Source of the DNA: Neoconidiobolus thromboides FSU 785
Taxonomy: Eukaryota; Fungi; Entomophthoromycota
Direction: 5' to 3'
Length of the DNA: 64,000 bases
NCBI GenBank assembly: GCA_025603075.1
Contig: MU626285.1
Location: 62,001 to 126,000 of the forward strand
Shown: one piece after another, positions 25,201 to 39,071 of the stretch
Layout of the letters: the number at the start of each line of letters is the position of its first letter
Numbering within the stretch: position 1 is the first letter of the stretch
Translations under genes and position numbers: made by a program
Notes under the pieces: generated by a model
The model's database searches: none
What the model was told of the DNA's origin: nothing
The model's input: the letters and a program-made list of their open reading frames with translations, nothing else

Positions 25201-26674
25201 AGGTGGTATTAATGTATCCCATTGTCCACCATTATTAAATGTAATATAACTTGCTAGTTTTTTCTTTACTATTTTCAATCCTTTGGATACTTCTTTGGGA
25301 TTTTGTACAATGTTGCTTAATATTATATTTTCTACCCCTTTCACTCTTTCAAAATCAACAATACCAGTGGAATCTCGATTCACATTTAATAAAGATTGTG
25401 TAAAATAAGTACCATTAGAATTAGAAAAATATAAACCACCAACTTCATCATTGGAGGAAAATACTACATCTAATACAATGGAATTGGAAGTTGAATCAAG
25501 TAATGTAAAAGCCTAAAAAATATTGTAATCCTTAAATTAAATTAAATTAAATTAAAATACTTACATTTTGCTCTAAACTTTTATGCTTAGGTAAATAACC
25601 CTATATTAACAAATTAGATATCAATTCAATAATAATAATAATCTATTTTTCTACCTCTGCCCACACCTTTGCATCTTTAGAAACAAATAAACTTAATTTT
25701 TCTGATCCCACATCTCTTCTTACAGCAGCTACCATAAAACTTTGTAAAACGGTAAAACCAATAACACCACCATCGGGTACCCCATCAAAATCGAAATCGA
25801 CTAAATTTTTAGTATTAAAAAAATCAGTGGACCAAACCAATTTAGAAGCATCAATAGCTTCTTTTGCATCCGGTGCTTTTTTATCACTAGCTTTAATACA
25901 AACAACCATTTTCTCATCTATATCTTCCATTTCTTTTCCTTCACTTGATAAAACCCATTTACATGTGGAAATATTATCAAGTAATTTTTTTGGTGATGAT
26001 TTAAAAAAATTAGTAGTATAATAAGCACTATCTTTACATGTTTCCACGCTACCCAAAAAACCAGAGTGTTCACATTTGCTACCAAGATAGATTATATATT
26101 CTGGTTTTTTAGAATTAAATAAAAACGTGCTTGATTTTGAAGCTGGTAATACCGGTGCTTCAAACGATTTCCATGTCTTTCCTTGGTCTTGAGTAAGATA
26201 ATGTTCCTTTCCTGAAGTGGCTATGATCGCCTATAAAATTTATAAATAGATTTAAAAAAAATATTAATTAAGGGAAAAGTTTACTTTATCATTATCATAA
26301 GGATGTCTATATATAGTAGTTATCTCTTTTTTACTTATATCTTTTAATAAATTCCATGTCTTTCCTTCGTTATCAGAGCGATAAACATTATTACTTTCGG
26401 ACTCCAAGTATAAAATAACCTAAATAGAAAAAAAATAGTGGTTAAAATTAAGAATTTCTTTAATAAATTTTTATTTTATTTTAAATATAGTACTTACATC
26501 CGATTCCCTAAAATAAAATAAACTTTGAGGGGCCTCTTTAAATTCAGTTGTAGCAATTTCAATCTTTGCTTCCGCTTTAACATATTGTATATTCAAAAAT
26601 AACACCAATAATAACCAATATATTGGCCTCAGAAATATCTTTCGTTTCTTTCTTTCACTTTTATGTGATACCAT
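19292..26674 (-). CDS. VPS10: Vps10/sortilin vacuolar sorting receptor, multi-exon, three VPS10 modules
   Basis: BNR repeats (SxDxGxTW), three 10CC Cys-rich modules each with CxCxxxDxECD and GYRKI, TM GIFFIILIPLIGLIALLYGFII, acidic tail ending DEEDGLL*; ORF-track pieces join via GT-AG introns. Confidence 0.93.
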
Positions 26675-27765
26675 TTTATTATTTTTTATCTAAGTTAAAG
26701 AAACTATGAAGTTTGGAAATTTAATTATTGAAGCTTTAAATTTTTTTTCTTGGTGTCATCAGCATAAGCCAATGAAATCAGGGGTTTGAACTTTTTAGTG
26801 AAGCTTTAAAGTGGCTTAGATTTTAAAGGATCTGAACTATTTTAGCTTGGTTGTAGTGATTGTAACTCTTTTGCGACTTTTTTACCAATAAGTTTTATAG
26901 TTAAATTATTTATATAGTCAGTTTTTTTAGAGTCTTATCTTTTACTTTAGTTAATTTTAACATAGCTTTTTTTCTTAAATGAACAGTTAATTGAATTGGA
27001 GTTGCAACAACTGCATTGCTTTAGTTAATTTGATAAAAAATTTAATAGTTGGTAAGAAGGTTTATGGTAGAATCAGATACTTTTTATAATTGAGTTTAAT
27101 AATCAAATAGATGTGATTAGATGATATATTATTTTCAAAGTATTAAGAAAACCCTTTTTAGTGTTAAAGGGAAATTACCCTTAAAAAGTGAAATATAGAC
27201 TTTGAAAAGACTTTAATAAACTTAAAATTAAAATTAATAAATACTAATTGAATTGTATATTTCAATTATTTTTATTATATTTTATTATGTTTTATTATAT
27301 TTTATTAAAAGAATTAATTTTATATAAAATAACAATAAGTTAATGATATTATTAAAGTGAAATAATTATGCTAATTTGATGCTATTAAATATATTATAAT
27401 TTTTAAATAAATTTCAATGTTTATTATAGTTATAAAAAAAAGATCCAACTTTATATTATATAATAAATAAACACTTATTTCTATATTTGAATTATTTTTA
27501 CTCATTTTCAATTATTTGAATATTCTTGTTTTATAAAATCAAATTTTTAAATTATTTATTATAGATAATCTGAAACATTAAAATATAAATAGTAACCTTA
27601 ATTACAAAAAATACTCTAAGATTTAGAATTCAAATCAACCAATCTGTGGCACAAATTCAAGACTTCATTCAAATAATTAAATTGGAACAAAAAATAAAAA
27701 TTTATAAAATTAAATTTTAGTTTTATATTTTTTAAATTTAATCAAAAGGCTAATAATTCTATTCA

Positions 27766-30700
27766 ATGAGTTTTTTTAAAGATAATCAAGGAAGCTCTGG
27801 ATGGGGCGGCTTCTTAAAACAAGCAATTAACAATATGGAATCTCAATTAGATAAAGTTTTAGATTTTCCAGATGAGGAAACAAACAAATTAAAACCACAA
27901 ATACAACAAAGTAAGTTTATAAAGAAAATTATTCAAATATTGTTTTATATTTTACATTGTATTATAAACTATCATGGTTTTATTATTTTAATAATATTAA
28001 CTGATTTTCCATAGAATCCCATAAACCTAAACCCATAAAAAAAATACATTCTAATGGGGTATCAGGATCCGATCCTTTAGGTGCTAATATTCAAGAAATT
28101 GAAAAGGAGACCAAATTAAATCCAAATCCAAATCCATTAACATCACCTAATAGCTTAAAAGAAGAAATATTACTAAAAGAAGAACCATTATTAAAGGAAG
28201 AATTAAAAGTAATGAAGAATAAAGAAGAGAAAGTAATTGAGAAACAGACTAATGGACAAGATAATAAAAAATTAAATAAAAAAGAACACAAAAAGAGAGT
28301 GGACGACAAGAAAATGGATGAAAAGAAGGAAGAGATAGGTTTTGATAAAATTCAAGATGAAGATAATATAGATTACAAAAAAATAGCTGAACAGAGAGAG
28401 ATACAGTTGATGAATGCGATTAATAACACTTCGGCACTTAATGAAACGATATCTAATTTAGAATTTAATTTATCAAAATTGCAAAAAGAAAAAGAAGATT
28501 CAGAAAAGAGATGGTTAGCTAGGGTGAATGGATTAGAAAATAAATTGTTAAATAAAACGGAGGTAAAGAAAAGTTTAATATCTTTTAATCATAATATGTT
28601 GATGATGGCATAATTAGGAAATTGATACAAATTTACCGGATGATTTAGATAAATTAAAAAGTATGATTACTGGTTTGAAAACTCAATTGGAGGGCAAAGA
28701 TGAACAAATTAGTGGATTAATGCAAGAAGGTAAGGAAGTTATTATTATATATTATTATATATTATTATTATATAGAACTATTTTGTTAAACATATATTAA
28801 TAATTCTATTAATTTATAGGTGAAGCATTAACAAAAAAAGAATTAAAAATGAGTACAATCTTACAAAAAGTAAGAAATAAAGAAAATGAAAATGAAAGAG
28901 TATTAGTAGAATGTCAAAAAAAATTAGGACAAGTTGTTAAAGAAAATTCAGATTTAAAATCAAGAGTTTCAGGTTTAATTACTTCAGAGAAAAAAGCTAA
29001 CGGTAGATAATTTATTTTTAATAATTTCTTAGGATGAGGTATTTATTTTATTTTATTTATTAGACATAATTCGAGCATTAAAACAAAACAATGATCAAAT
29101 TCGAAAAGAAAAAGAAGAATCAGATAATAAATGCAAAAGATTAACGGATAATGAAGTTAATTTAAAGGTAATTTCAATAATAACAAGTTCAATTATTTTA
29201 TATTTTGTTATTTATTATTATTAGATATCATTAGAAAAAAGTCAATTAGAAGTAAGAAATTTACAAAAAGAAATTCAAAAATCAATAAATCAAAATTTAA
29301 AAATTCAAAAAGAAAAAGAAGTAAATATCATTAGTTTTATATATTATTTATTAAATGAATAATTAAATTTATATAGACGAAAGATAAAGGTATATTAGCA
29401 GATGAAGCTATTGCTTTAAAACTACAAATGGAAGAAATCGAAAAGGAATCTCAAACAATTGTAATTTATATATTAAATATTGATTAATAATCGATATTTA
29501 TTTTAATTACTTTTTAGGTACAAAATTTACGTCAAGAATTAATAAAAACACAAGATAAATTGTCAGCAAAAGAAGAAGAATTTCAAAACGAATTGATGGT
29601 AATCTTTTAATTTTTTAATTATTAAGAAATTTTTTTAAATTAAATTAAAATAGATATTAAAATCAACGAATAAGATAATAAATAATAATAATAATAATGA
29701 TAATGAGGATGTTGATAATATAAATAAAGTAGATGATGATGATGTTAATACAGTTATTGAATTAGCTACTCAACCTTTATTAAATCAAATTCAAACTTTA
29801 AAATTGGAAATATACAATTTAACAAGTAAAGTTAAAGAATATGAAAAAAAGTAGTTTAAATTTAAATTTAAATTTATTGATATTAATTTATAATTAATTT
29901 TTTATTTTAGTTTAAAGATTTCTAAAGAAAATAATTTGGAATTAACTATTAAACTTGAAACTACAGAAAAAACATTGAAAGACAATTTAGAAATTAATGT
30001 AATTTTATTTATTCTATCAAATGTTAATAAACTATTAATTAATCTTTTCTATTTAGGACAAATCCATTGAAACTTTAGAGTTATCATATAAAACAATGGT
30101 AGAAGAATTACAAATCATTAAGCAAAACAATCAAGTAATTAAATTAATTACAAATTAAGTTAAACTCAATTAAATTATTAATATTTATTTTATCATAGAT
30201 ATTATTATCAGACAAAGAAACATTAGAATTCAAAGTCAATGAATTACAAGAAACAATTAATTCATTAAAACAATCCCATTTACTTGAAATGGAACAATTA
30301 AGAAAACTATATGAAGTAATTAGTTTATTATAACTTACAATTAATAATTAATAATTAATAATTAATTAATCTATTTTATTTAATTTTAATTTTAATTTTA
30401 ATTTTATTTAATTAGTTTAAAGAACCGAGCATAATTTCTCCACGTTCTTCATCAGTCTCCCCAAGTCCACCTGCAAGTAGTTATCATGAAGAACAAAATT
30501 CACGACCTATTAATAATCCTCATGAATTTAATGATTCAATAATTAATACTTATCCATATACAAATCGAACAAGAAATTCAAGTTTATTACCCGAAGTAAG
30601 TAATCTATTTCATTAACTCAATATTAAAATAGATAGAAGTTTATAAAAAATAACATTTAATATTTAATATTTAATATTATTTATTATTAGCATACAACGA

Positions 30701-31304
30701 TAGGTCCAATGATTCAACCTAATAGAACAAGAAGTTCAAGATCAAGTATTGATTTTAGAGTTGAAAATAGAAATATATCACCTACATCGGGGTTAACTGG
30801 AATGAATAATTTATCGAATGATAATAAAATTAGAACTTTACAAATTCAATTAAAAGCAGCATTGGAATCAAAAGGTAAGTTCCAAAGTTCAATTGTTTTC
30901 AGAGAAAGTTCAATTAATATTGATTTTTTTTAGATCAATTATCTAATGAATTAGTCCAATTGAGTTGTAAATTTAAAGAATAGTAAGTTGGAATTAATAC
31001 TATTTTTAATATTTAATATAGAATTCATATTTTATTTTTATAGTGAAGCTACTATTAATAAAATTAATAATATGGAATTAGAACATCAAGAATTGGTTAA
31101 AAAGTAAATGAAAATTAAATTCCAAATGTAATTGAAATTGAAATTAATTACTAATATTATTTTTTGTTTAGACATGAAATTGTATTAGAGTTATTAGGTG
31201 AAAAATCGGAACAACTTGAAGATGTTAAAGCTGATTTACAAGAAGCTAAATTACAATATAAGAAACAATTAACGGAACTTATTTCTAAGATACCTACTTC
31301 TTAA
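27766..31304 (+). CDS. TMF1: TMF1/Sgm1 golgin (TATA element modulatory factor), many short introns
   Basis: N-term WGGFLKQAINNMESQLDKVLD; long coiled coil; C-term LELLGEKSEQLEDVKADL..Y..Q. Confidence 0.85.
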
Positions 31305-31935
31305 ATTACATTTGGTTGTTATGATTTTATGAAGATTGTTGTTAATGATTACTAATTTGAAGTTGATAAACGAGGAATTTTTTTAAGTTGAATATTTTTA
31401 TTTTGTGTATGTGTTTCTTAGTGTAATAAAATTTCAAGTTTTATTAAATGGGTCTTTTAATGCTTTGCTTATTATTAGTTATGTCTAATACTAAGACAGT
31501 ATAATTCTATTAAAGCTAATATTAATATTAATATTATGTTAATTTACTTATTTTAAATTAATAATAACAATTAATTAATTAACATTGATCTTTTTATTTA
31601 TCAAATGTCCTTATCATTTAGTAATAAAAATCCACCCTAAAAATGAAGTGGATGATAATCGAGAATAAGATAAACTTCTAATGGAGATAAAAAGGAGGAG
31701 GATTTAAAAGGAATATAAATATATTTTGATTTTAAAAGAATTAGGAGTTTATTTATTAAGATTAATCGGTATTCAGCTTCCCAAAAAGATTTTAATTCTC
31801 CTTTTTAGTTAAGACTTCTAAATTAATATAAGCTATTTTCTATTTCAATAAGAGACTAATTGATGTTTATTATTATAAATTATTGATTATTAATACAATT
31901 TTTAAATTTTAAAAATTCTAAAAAATAGATAATAA

Positions 31936-32033
31936 GGTGAGATATTTTTTTAGTTAAGAATTTTGCTAACAATCTCCGCTTAAATAGTGCTTAAAAAAAT
32001 GAAAAAAGTGATCAAATCAAGAAAAATATCCCT
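31936..32033 (+). mobile_element. MITE copy 6 (degenerate)
   Basis: TTAAGAATTTTGCTAACAATCTCCGCTTAAATAGTGCTTAAAAAAATGAAAAAAGTGATC...AAAAATATCCCT. Confidence 0.7.
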
Positions 32034-32280
32034 GTTATCTTCTGTGGAATCAAAAGACTGATTAAAATGTTGATAGTGTTAAAGTCCTTTTAAGATGAGC
32101 TCTTATCTATCTTGTTAACTTATTTTAATATTGAAAGACATCTTTATTTGAGTTTGAAATTTCAAAAAAATAAAAAAATAAAAATGGCATTATTCTATAA
32201 TTCTACTAATATAATTAATCATACTAATAAATTGTAAAATAGTAAAATGAATTCATTGTCTATAAAGTTTTCAATTATAT

Positions 32281-32373
32281 CCAGGTGTTTTTTTGACTTC
32301 ATCACTTTTCTCATTTAAGCGCTATTTAAGTGGAAAGGTTATTAGTAAAATTCTTAAAACAAAGTGCATCCTC
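32281..32373 (-). mobile_element. MITE copy 7
   Basis: ATAT|..GTGTTTTTTTGACTTCATCACTTTTC..AGCGCTATTTAAGTGGAAA..GCATCCTC|ATAT. Confidence 0.75.
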
Positions 32374-35149
32374 ATATTGTTTGAATTAACCATTATTAAA
32401 GCAAGCTTATACTAAAAAATCAAATTTAGTATTATTAAATTAATATAACATTTATAAAACATTGCTTGATGTTTAAATGGTAACTACTATATCAAAAATG
32501 ATAATTGGAAAAAAGTCAATATTATAAATTAAAGCAATTATTTTAATTTTAATATAACCACTACTAATAATAATAATAAATGAACAAAAGAGGGTTGGAA
32601 ACAGAACGATAAATAAGCTCAATTTAGCTAGAATCCGATGAAACCCTTACTACTTTATAAAAAATCGAATATATATTCTATTGAATTATATCTTCTTTTA
32701 TTATAAAGTTTATGAATCTTTATAGAAAAAATAACTAAAATCAAAAAGAATTGGTGTTTTAATATAGTAATCATCGAATTCGTAATAAAATAAAGTGACT
32801 AAACTGAAACAAAATAATCTTACGATATGAATTTAGAACAATTTTATGTGTCACCAGCATTACAATTAATGATAATAAATTTATCTTACTATTATTGAGG
32901 CTTTTCAGTTTTAACAAAAAAGATCGATGAAGAAGGTATGGTTTCTTTTAGTTACTATTATTTATATAGAAGTATATGCAGGTTGTAATATTTAATTTGT
33001 TTTTTTGTTAGGTTAATTAATAGAAAAAGGTAAAAGAAGAAGTGTTCAAATTTTATAGTAAAATAGATGACCAATTAAGTCAATATTAAACGAAAACGTT
33101 AAATAATAAAACATCTTGAAATCTTATATATTAAATTTAATATAAAATTATTAAGGTTATATGAATATCAAAAATTATAAGCTTGACTATCTTGTCCTTT
33201 AATCCCCGGTTATATTCATTTTACTTTGCTAATCAATATCTCAATTTTAATATTAGTTTATTTTTATGCACTTTTAAAATTTTATTAAATTTAATATTTG
33301 CATAATATGTTAGATTAGTTTCTCTTTTTTAAATGATAAGGCTTTTAAACTAGTTGAAAAAGGTAAAACACAAGTTAAATATTTCTATATATTGGAAAAA
33401 TAGATATTAAATAAAATAAATTTTAATATAAAAAAGATAGTAACTTTAAAGTTTGGTAATTATATTATTAAATGTTTAATATAATATTGATATATAGTTG
33501 TAAAGTATATGTTAAATAAAGTAAATTAAAGTTTAAAAGAGAGCAATTATTTAAATATAAATTGGACTGATTACTTAATACTAGCTTAAGAAGATTCAAT
33601 GTATTAAAAATACCATAAAGCAGATCGTCTGAATGGGGCAGCTTTTTATAAACGGAATATGAACGAATTAAAGAAGTATTTATTTCTTTTACAGGTAATG
33701 AAAGGTTATTTATTTTATACATTTGATATCATTACCCTATTTAATAGATAAAAGAGTTATAAGCTGTTACTTAAAAATAACTCTATAATTTTTATTAAAA
33801 TTATTATTTTTCAATGTGACTTTAATGTATAATTTTTTATTTAGATGTTATTAATTAATAGTGACACTATAAAAACATTGCATTTTTTAATATTTTAAAA
33901 AATATTAAAGAAGATGTTTCGGAAATATAAAAAAATTATGAAATAGTCAAGCTAAAAAAAAGCTGATGAAAACAGAGATGAAAACATTCAAGATAAAAAC
34001 TAAAAGTTTAAACTGACATTAAATTTTTAAGAATAAAACTAGAATAAAAGTTATGACAGAAGAATTCAAAAAACTGATAAATTAACTATTAATTATTCTT
34101 ATATATTACTATTAATGTTTAAATCTACTATAGTTAAAGTTGATAATAAAGGGTTTATTGTTATAATTACCAAACACCTTGCATATTTACCTTTATTTTT
34201 GGATTACTATTACTGAATTCATCCACTTTTTATTAACACATCTTAAAATATAGTACACCTTACTTTATTATTATAGAATCATTAGAGTTTTTTTAATTTA
34301 ATCAGTATTCTAAATAAATATTTAAAAAAACGTTGAAAATTTATCACTTAATCTAATAAAATAAAAAAGATAAATTATATATTAGTATAACATTAAATAA
34401 CAATAATTCTATATAGCAAATTACCAACTACGCCAAGAAGAACACCATTTTTGAATGCTAAATACAGTTATGATCAAAACACACAATCCAATCTTGTGGT
34501 ATAAAGTGCTGTAAATAATATCAAATAAATCACTGTGAAAAGTAACAAAATTAATCCTTTTAGATAGATTGGTTAGAAATTAGAAATTTAATAATTAGAT
34601 TAAAAGTCATCTGCCAATTTTAGTAATCCGCGGCCAAATTTTAAACCTTTTGTTCTTTAACAAATTCACAATAAAGCATATCTAATACATGGGTATGTTA
34701 TAAGATGTAAGGATAATACAAAAAGAGCTGGTAACCTTATTTGATACAACTTTTGTTATAAAAATGGTACGTCAATTTATTGAACTGTGAGACTTGTAAT
34801 ATTCAACAAAATGACTCCATTCTATAACTATATAATAGAAGATGACAAAAAGGGGGATATTATTTTTCTTACTGCGTGAAGTTTATATAACACAGGAATA
34901 AGAATTTAAAGTTCCATAAATTAAATAATGCGAGACCTTAGATAAAAAGTTAGCTTTTATTGATAAATCCTTTATTTATTTTATTGTGTTTAAGATGATA
35001 AACAAGTTCTTTATGCATTCTTAATCTAAGCCTTAATATGTTGATTAACAGGGCTTTAACATGGAACTTCAGTTACTATTTCAAGTCAATATGTAAAACC
35101 ATGCTCTTGAATTTGTTTGCGAATTATTTGTTAATTTGAAATCCTTGCG

Positions 35150-35800
35150 TAAAATGAAATCATGTCATTCGTCCATTGCTAATTTTAGCAATAGTTATAT
35201 TTACATTGAAATTAAGCCCTAAAAAGTAAGGTAACTGCAAAAGGATATTTGAGAATCCAAATCCGATAGTTGCAAAAAGTCCAAAAGGTATAAATAGAGA
35301 GGAAAAGTTGAGTTTAAGCTTTAAAAAATTTTCAATAAAGTTCAAATTTAAAGTCCAATTATTATTATGAGTTGTTTATTTGATTCCGATTCCATCTTTT
35401 CCATCCAAGAACAAGATAATATTACCTTAGGATGTGAGCAAAGATATCTATCACCAAAATCTTCTATCAGCGATTTAGAAGCTGCTTATCTTGATGAAGA
35501 AGACGATTATTTAGTTCATATTGACCAATCCAGTTTAAAAGGCTCCGCTTTTCAAGTTTGGGAAAAATGTATGGACTCATTTATTGATTCTTTAGATAAA
35601 CCTACCTTTAAAAATATCAACCACCATGCTATAGCAAGGATATAAGCTAGTGTATCGTTTATAACCAAGAAAACTCCAATTATCATTATTCATCCTTTCC
35701 CCTTTGTAGCATCATAACTCTAACTAACAAATAGCTCCCTATATACACCGCTTCTTTCTTCATAGTCATCTGTGGTTGAAAATGAATATACACTGTACTG
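35150..35800 (+). pseudogene. Decayed coding relic containing the 92-aa ORF 35367-35645
   Basis: The same frame runs up- and downstream of the ORF through scattered TAA/TGA/TAG; GC above flanks; no recognisable domain. Confidence 0.3.
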
Positions 35801-36565
35801 TATTTAAAAATAAATAATTTATTGTCTAGACTTTTAATTGATATTTTTATAGTTTAATTTTTATTTCTATCGTTATCCTGTAATAGGATTAGCGGGGAAT
35901 CTGGGTTTACGCCAATAATAATTGTTTTATGTTCTTGTAGACTCTAATTTTAACTTTCACTCAGTCAATGAGATAGCCAATTGAATGGATTTATGATAAG
36001 TAAATTGATAGTAGTGATTTCAATGATAATTTATTTACTATGAAATTATAGTTAAACTAATAGATGAGCTTAAAATTATAACAATATTTCAAAAGACTAC
36101 ATAAATATAAGAGTATTAAAATAGGCGGCAATAATAAAATAATGAATAGCGAAAATTGGGGATAATTATTATCAACTTACTGCATTTGGTATGTTAAGAT
36201 TTTTAGTTACCATTGTTACTAAAAACTTAGGGATTAAGTGGAGCTTATTTACATAGTTAATTATTGAAATTTAACCCCATCTTTTATTATTAGATTATCC
36301 TTAGTTCTAGATTGAGTATTATTATTAAGAACTGTGAAATATAGATGAAATAATAGTAGATGAGTTATTTTTTTTACTAACTATATTTGTAATTTAGTAT
36401 TTTATTCTCCCCTTAAAATTTGCTGCCCAATCTTTTTGTCAATGGATTGAGACTCCGGTTATGACCTTAATTGTTTATATGGAAAAATATCAAGTTTTTT
36501 AAATAATGATTTAACGATTAGTTTTGCCAATGAAATAATTCTGAAAAAACATTTGTTTACTATAT

Positions 36566-36663
36566 GGCGACGTTTTTTGCGTTTAAGAATTTTATTAACG
36601 ATTTTTTCGCTCAAATAGTGCTTAAAAGATGGAAAAAATAATGAAGCCAAAAAAAACACCCCC
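36566..36663 (+). mobile_element. MITE copy 8
   Basis: ATAT|GGCGACGTTTTTT...AAAAAAAACACCCCC|ATAT. Confidence 0.85.
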
Positions 36664-37048
36664 ATATGATTTTTATAATAAAATTATAGTTAAGGATCTG
36701 AATCATTGTGACTACCACCTAAACAATCCTTTATAAACTTAATATAATTTTCTAAGATCTAAAAATCTGTTAATATTTATTACAATACTTAAAACAGCAA
36801 ACTTACTAAATCTTTTTTTTAATGTCATTATGTACTACAAAATAAAACTTACAAATCAAGTTTTAAGATAATATGAAATACTTATGCCTATGTCTACAAT
36901 CCTCAATATAATCTACCTTTAAATTATTAATTCTATCACACTATTCCAATTTTGCTGCGAATGATTTGAACTCAGATAGAGTAACAATTGGATCTTCTAA
37001 GCCTTGTAATAAATAAACATTCTTATAATGGTTTTGTAATCTTTATAT

Positions 37049-37146
37049 GAAGATGCCTTTTTTGACTTGATCACTTTTTCTATCTTTTAACCGCTACTTA
37101 AGTGGGGAGATTGTTAGTAAAATTCTTAAACAAAAAAGACATCCCT
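37049..37146 (-). mobile_element. MITE copy 9
   Basis: ATAT|GAAGATGCCTTTTT...AAAAAGACATCCCT|ATAT. Confidence 0.8.
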
Positions 37147-37199
37147 ATATAATAAATTTCCCCCAGTAGAGATAAGGAAAAGCTAAAAATGAAATAATT

Positions 37200-37900
37200 A
37201 ACTAAATGAGTACAAAGAGGATATGAATTGGCTCACTCATTCATAGCTCTGCTTCTCCGTTTACTTATAAATCCTTGGTATATCTTCCTACTTCTTCGCC
37301 TTTAAAGATAAAATAAAAGTCTAAAAAAGGATTAATAATGTAACAAATTAGTGTAATTTAGCAAAAAAGTCCTACCAACCCTCTATTTGATTATAAATCT
37401 TGGAAGCAAGTAAACCAATAAGGCAATAAGAGCTTAAATATAGGTCCTGATGACCAGGGTTCACTTAACTTAATCCTTGGTGCTAATAGCCATGTTAATA
37501 CCTTTCAAATAAAATTTCTTAGAATTTTGTTACAAGCCACAATAACTTCTTCAATTAAGTTAACTTTTGATTTTGCCAAATTGAAACGATGGCGTCAACC
37601 TTTTAAATACTAAGTAAAAATTATATAAGCGGATTTCCAAAAGTTTACCCAGCTATGGCCAAAAAGAAACAAAAGTAATTGATACGATCTTTCTTGATTT
37701 ACAAGATCTTGTCAAATAGTTAAACATTTATATAATCTATTTTCTCTTGCATAGGTATTTTGACTAGCCTTTGATGTGTTACCATGGGCTAATCGATCAT
37801 ATTCTAGAATTTTAATACCCTGATTAGTCCAGTTTGGTAGAAAAATTATGATATCGATTGATGTTCTCACATTATCCATGGGCTGTTATCAATATTGCTT
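37200..37900 (-). pseudogene. Decayed coding relic, possibly TE-derived
   Basis: Protein-like segments (PNWTNQGIKILEYDRLAHGNTSKASQNTYAREIDY; VLTWLLAPRIKLSEPWSSGPIF) broken by stops and frameshifts. Confidence 0.3.
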
Positions 37901-38785
37901 CAACTAGCTTGTTTTTTTGGTTAATTTGAGGTTTGATTAGTATAGAATTTTGATTTTAGGGTAAAATAGGATTTATCGGCCATTCTTTAAGGTAGATTTT
38001 ATCGCCATCACCAGATATATAATATCTTTCATTTGTATCACAGCTATTAAATGTCATATTTTTATACTCAGATGTACTCTAAGAATAATTGATCAGCTAT
38101 TGTTTTATTTCTATCATATATTTTTTTATAGTTGCAGTTTATTTAACCATCTTTTAAATAATGATTTCTAAACCTTTTTATCATTAGCTACATTTATAGG
38201 CTATCCTTAAGTTTTTAAATAACTAAATACAGGTAACTAAATTCATATCATTATCACTTCAAAATTTTACAGCACTAGCTATCACTATCTGAAAATGATC
38301 CAAATCTCTTTTTGCTTATATCTTAATTTTTTTCTTCTATTTTAAATAGTCGATTCTATATAAAATTAAATAAAATCAACTTTCTAAATTGAATTAATTC
38401 CTACATAATATATTTGGCTTTATTTTCGAGTTAATAAAACAATAATAGAAAAGTTTATTTTATATTGTAAGTTAACAATGTTCTTATTTTTATAAAAGCA
38501 TTATCTTATTCTATTTTTTAATGATCTGAGTAAATTGTTATTAATCATTTCTATTTTTGAAATTAAAATCAACAGCTATTTTTAAGTTTTCTTTAAAAAT
38601 ATAATTTAAAAATACATTTCGAAATAGATAAGTTCCTAATAAGAATAGTAAAATACTATATTTCTATATACGTTAATATAGTTTGAACAAAAACCCAAAT
38701 ACTTGGAGTTATTTTTAGCTAAAAATATATATCTAGCTCAAATGTTTTTAAATTTAAATTATTTATTTACTGAAAAAAATTATAT

Positions 38786-38877
38786 AAAGATATATATTTT
38801 TGTTTAATTTCACTAATAGCCTTTCCACTTAAATAGTACTTTAAAACGGAAAAAGTGATGAAACCAAAAGCACCCTC
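38786..38877 (+). mobile_element. MITE copy 10 (degenerate)
   Basis: Core CTTTCCACTTAAATAGTACTTTAAAACGGAAAAAGTGATGAAACCAAAAGCACCCTC. Confidence 0.65.
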
Positions 38878-38974
38878 GTACGTTATGAAAAACAGTCATT
38901 AGAGTTTTTCGAAACAAACTTTTAACATTCTGAGATAAAGAGGACTTATATCTCATTTGTATAATTTTTTTACT

Positions 38975-38981
38975 AAAAAAA
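38975..38981 (-). terminator. Pol III oligo-dT terminator of tRNA-Ser
   Basis: T7 run on the minus strand 8 nt past the tRNA 3' end. Confidence 0.7.
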
Positions 38982-38989
38982 GTCTAGCT

Positions 38990-39071
38990 CGACAGCTACA
39001 GGATTTGAACCTGTGCGGGCAGAGCCCATCACATTTCGAGTGTGACTCCTTAACCACTCGGACAAACTGCC
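38990..39071 (-). tRNA. tRNA-Ser(CGA), 82 nt, no intron
   Basis: GGCAGTT/AGCTGTC acceptor stem, D-arm TCCGAGTGGTTAAGGA, anticodon arm TCACA-CTCGAAA-TGTGA, long variable arm GGGCTCTGCCC, T-loop GGTTCAAATCC, discriminator G. Confidence 0.95.

Noticed and set aside
33468-33722. 84-aa ORF
   Set aside because: Extreme AT, L/N/I/Y-rich composition typical of a chance ORF.
38990-39071. Possible tRNA-Sec because of the long variable arm
   Set aside because: The anticodon is CGA, and the 7-bp acceptor stem and 82-nt length fit an ordinary tRNA-Ser.
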